Part shown: piece after piece, positions 7,231 through 9,091 of the stretch
Position numbering within the stretch: position 1 is the stretch's first letter
How the letters are laid out: each line of letters begins with the position of its first letter
From: Candidatus Auribacterota bacterium
GTDB lineage: Bacteria > Auribacterota > UBA6266
Direction of reading: 5' to 3'
Length of the DNA: 9,091 nucleotides
Assembly: GCA_023136205.1 (NCBI GenBank)
Contig: JAGLRQ010000105.1
Location: 1 to 9,091 of the forward strand
Notes under the pieces: model-generated
Database searches by the model: none
What the model was told of the DNA's origin: nothing
The model's input: only the letters and a program-made list of their open reading frames with translations
Made by a program: the position numbers and the translations under genes

Positions 7231-7380
7231 ATGGCCGAAGGATATTGTGTAAAATGTAAGGCAAAGAAAGAGATGGTTGACGCGAATGAAATAACAATGG
7301 CTAATGGCCGCCAGGCACTCAAGGGTAAATGCCCTGATTGTGGGACTGGTATGTTTAAGATACTTGGCAATAAGAAATAA
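7231..7380 (+). CDS. Small zinc-ribbon protein (49 aa, CxxC-x24-CxxC), resembling the DUF5679-type small proteins; absent from the supplied ORF track
   Basis: My translation is MAEGYCVKCKAKKEMVDANEITMANGRQALKGKCPDCGTGMFKILGNKK*. A strong SD, AAGGAGG (7216-7222), lies 8 nt before the ATG. Stop codon TAA at 7378-7380. The YCVKCK...G.CP.CGT..F.I pattern matches my memory of a widespread small zinc-ribbon family of unknown function. Confidence 0.8.
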   Translation: MAEGYCVKCKAKKEMVDANEITMANGRQALKGKCPDCGTGMFKILGNKK

Positions 7381-7433
7381 GGTTGTATAGATTATAAATT
7401 CTGTACCACGTACTCAATAGGATGTCTTTATTC

Positions 7434-7497
7434 CCTCCTTGCCGTTTGCTCTGAAAGATGAGCAGGGGCATGGAGGTGTGGTGCGTGCGGTTTTTTT
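7434..7497 (+). terminator. Long imperfect hairpin followed, at a distance, by a T7 tract; candidate terminator or attenuator between the zinc-ribbon gene and the NDK-like gene
   Basis: The outer stem pairs 7434-7443 (CCTCCTTGCC) with 7467-7476 (GGCATGGAGG), with one T.T mismatch. The inner stem pairs 7447-7451 (TGCTC) with 7460-7464 (GAGCA) around an 8-nt loop. The T7 tract at 7491-7497 begins 14 nt after the stem. That spacing is atypical for a canonical intrinsic terminator. Confidence 0.4.
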
Positions 7498-7527
7498 GGA
7501 GTAACCTGAACCTTTGCGGAGGTAGAA

Positions 7528-8706
7528 ATGGCCCAAGAGCTGGCCTATGTCCTTATTAATCCCTATACGTTGATGAAATCAAGAACTGGCGGTGTGATTG
7601 CCAGGCTTTTTGCGAGAACCAACCTGGATCTTGTCGGCGCCAGAATGTTTGCTCCCGGCAAGGAGCTTGTTGATGAATTTTGCCATATTATAGCCGCTGA
7701 TAAAAAACAGAAAAACGAAAAAATAAGAAAAGAAATTATTGATTATATAAAGCATTTTTATATTAAGCCTCCTATTCATTCTAAACGGCATAATAGGGTT
7801 TTATTGCTGTTGTTTAAAGGAGAAAACGCTGTTAGAAAACTCCGCAAAGTTGTTGGCCCGGTGGCTCATAAGTCGATAAGCGGAGAAACTATAAGGGATA
7901 CTTATGGTGACTATATAGAAGACCGCCATGGGGATGTCAGGTATTTTGAGCCCGCGGTTATTGCGCCTCCGTGCGGAAAAAGCGCGCTCAAAAGGCTTGA
8001 GGTGTGGGCCAGGTATTCCAGCAGGGACGGAGGATTGCTTAACAGGGCATTAGAATATAAAACGAAGAAAAATATTCAAGAAACCCTGGTTTTGATAAAA
8101 CCTGATAATTTCAGAGGGCCGAGCGGGAGAGCCGGTAATATCATAGATCTTTTCTCGAAAACAGGGCTTTATATTATAGGCGCAAAGGTTTTGAATCTAA
8201 GCCTTAAAGAAGCGGAAGAATTTTATGGGCCTGTCAGGGAAGTCCTTGCTGAAAAACTTCAGGGCCAGATTAAAGAAAGAATAAAGGAAACTATTGAAAG
8301 TATGTTCGGCTTTTCTGTGCCGGATGCTTCTCTTGGAAAAATAACCACAACCATTAGTGAATTAAATGCTCAAAAGGAGTTTAATAATATAGTTAAGTTT
8401 ATGACAGGGATTGACAGAACCGATCCCAAAACGAGAAAGAATAAAGAAAAGCCCGGCAAGGTTAAATGTCTTGCTCTTGTTTACCAGGGGCCGAATGCCA
8501 TATCCAAAATTAGGAATCAACTGGGAGCAACCAATCCCAGAAGAGCTGATTGGGCTACTGTCAGGAAAGAGTTTGGGCAAAATATTATGGAAAACACAGC
8601 TCATGCCTCGGATTCTCCCGCGAACGCGAAACGGGAACTGAAAATAGTAAAAATTGAACAGGATGACATTTCCAAATGGCTAAAAATAATCAAAAGACAG
8701 CGTTAA
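7528..8706 (+). CDS. Tandem nucleoside-diphosphate-kinase-fold protein: divergent N-terminal NDK-like domain + C-terminal NDK domain with catalytic-site motifs intact
   Basis: SD GGAGG (7518-7522) lies 5 nt before the ATG. The C-terminal domain starts at about aa 183. It contains TLVLIKPDN, EAEEFY, FMTG, LGATNP, TVRKEF and ENTAHASDS (His359, nt 8602-8604), which match canonical NDK motifs. The N-terminal domain (aa 1 to about 165) shows a recognisable but degenerate version: YVLINPY, GENAVRKLRKVVGP and ETIRDTYG. Confidence 0.85.
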   Translation: MAQELAYVLINPYTLMKSRTGGVIARLFARTNLDLVGARMFAPGKELVDEFCHIIAADKKQKNEKIRKEIIDYIKHFYIKPPIHSKRHNRVLLLLFKGENAVRKLRKVVGPVAHKSISGETIRDTYGDYIEDRHGDVRYFEPAVIAPPCGKSALKRLEVWARYSSRDGGLLNRALEYKTKKNIQETLVLIKPDNFRGPSGRAGNIIDLFSKTGLYIIGAKVLNLSLKEAEEFYGPVREVLAEKLQGQIKERIKETIESMFGFSVPDASLGKITTTISELNAQKEFNNIVKFMTGIDRTDPKTRKNKEKPGKVKCLALVYQGPNAISKIRNQLGATNPRRADWATVRKEFGQNIMENTAHASDSPANAKRELKIVKIEQDDISKWLKIIKRQR

Positions 8707-9091
8707 GTCTAAGAGCGCAAAATATTACTCCTTCAATTACTCTTGCTATTACCAGCAAAGCAAAGGAAATGAGAGACGAAGGGATTAATGTTCTTGGATT
8801 TGGCGCTGGTGAACCTGATTTTGATACCCCCGAGCATATCAAGAAGGAAGCCAGGAAAGCTATTGATGAAGGTTTTACCAAATATACGCCCGCGGCCGGG
8901 ACAGTGGAGTTAAGAAAAGCGGTAGGAAACGAATTTGAAAAAGAAACCGGTATTGGCTACGATGTTTCACAGATAGTAATATCCTGCGGCGCGAAACATT
9001 CACTTTGTAACCTTTTTCAGTGTATCCTCAACGAGGGTGATGAAGTTATAATTCCTTCTCCCTACTGGGTTAGTTATCCTGAGATGGTGAA
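8676..9091 (+). CDS. Class-I PLP-dependent aminotransferase (aspartate aminotransferase-like), 3'-truncated by window edge; absent from the supplied ORF track
   Basis: My translation is MAKNNQKTALSLRAQNITPSITLAITSKAKEMRDEGINVLGFGAGEPDFDTPEHIKKEARKAIDEGFTKYTPAAGTVELRKAVGNEFEKETGIGYDVSQIVISCGAKHSLCNLFQCILNEGDEVIIPSPYWVSYPEMV... The frame is open to the window end. GAGEPDFDTP, YTPAAG and PSPYWVSYPEM are typical of AspAT-type enzymes. An in-frame TGA at 8664-8666 makes 8676 the first possible ATG. Confidence 0.9.
   Translation, partial: MAKNNQKTALSLRAQNITPSITLAITSKAKEMRDEGINVLGFGAGEPDFDTPEHIKKEARKAIDEGFTKYTPAAGTVELRKAVGNEFEKETGIGYDVSQIVISCGAKHSLCNLFQCILNEGDEVIIPSPYWVSYPEMV

Noticed and set aside
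7422-7454. 10-codon uORF (MSLFPPCRLL*) running through the 5' arm of the spacer hairpin, as a possible attenuation leader peptide
   Set aside because: There is no usable SD, since AGG abuts the ATG with essentially zero spacing. There are also no runs of regulatory codons. A second ATG at 7458 opens a 33-codon frame that is equally unsupported. The idea is noted only as a possibility under the spacer finding.
7579-8881. ORFs 7579-7791 (-), 8362-8604 (-), 8411-8641 (+) and 8690-8881 (-), which overlap the NDK-like and aminotransferase genes
   Set aside because: They overlap frames that carry canonical NDK or aminotransferase motifs. They have no motifs or SDs of their own.
1-9091. Search for a defence system, mobile element, CRISPR array, toxin-antitoxin pair, or tRNA/rRNA gene
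   Set aside because: I found no transposase, integrase, recombinase, nuclease, helicase or methylase-like translations in any frame. There is no repeat-spacer periodicity, there are no terminal inverted repeats, and I saw no cloverleaf-like tRNA sequence. Base composition looks uniform across the window by eye. The window reads as core or housekeeping DNA, not as an accessory island.

Overview
This 9.1-kb bacterial window is AT-leaning and has strong GGAGG-type Shine-Dalgarno sites. It looks mostly like ordinary housekeeping or envelope DNA.

(1) Positions 1-5297 (+) hold a peptide/nickel-family (Opp/Dpp-type) ABC importer. The gene order is ATPase D (5' end cut by the window edge), ATPase F, family-5 substrate-binding protein, permease B, permease C. 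Two junctions overlap, by 16 nt and by 4 nt.

(2) This operon converges on a minus-strand two-gene unit (5356-6987), across a perfect 29-nt AT-rich palindrome. The unit encodes a secreted TPR/coiled-coil/tandem-PDZ protein followed by a small two-TM protein that has a HAMP domain and no output domain.

(3) A 243-nt divergent control region (6988-7230) follows, containing a sigma70-like promoter and a run of tandem heptamers.

(4) A 49-codon CxxC...CxxC zinc-ribbon gene lies at 7231-7380. It is not in the supplied ORF track.

(5) A structured spacer with a T7 tract comes next. It is followed by a 392-aa protein made of two nucleoside-diphosphate-kinase (NDK) folds: a degenerate N-terminal copy and an intact C-terminal copy carrying insertions.

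(6) The 5' part of a class-I (aspartate-type) aminotransferase starts at 8676. It is also missing from the track and overlaps the NDK-like gene by 31 nt.

I see no rRNA or tRNA genes, CRISPR array, transposase or integrase, or recognisable defence genes. I cannot support a claim of a novel multi-gene system here. The items most worth a second look are the pseudo-NDK/NDK fusion, the PDZ + HAMP-only pair, and the unlisted zinc-ribbon gene with its heptad-repeat leader.
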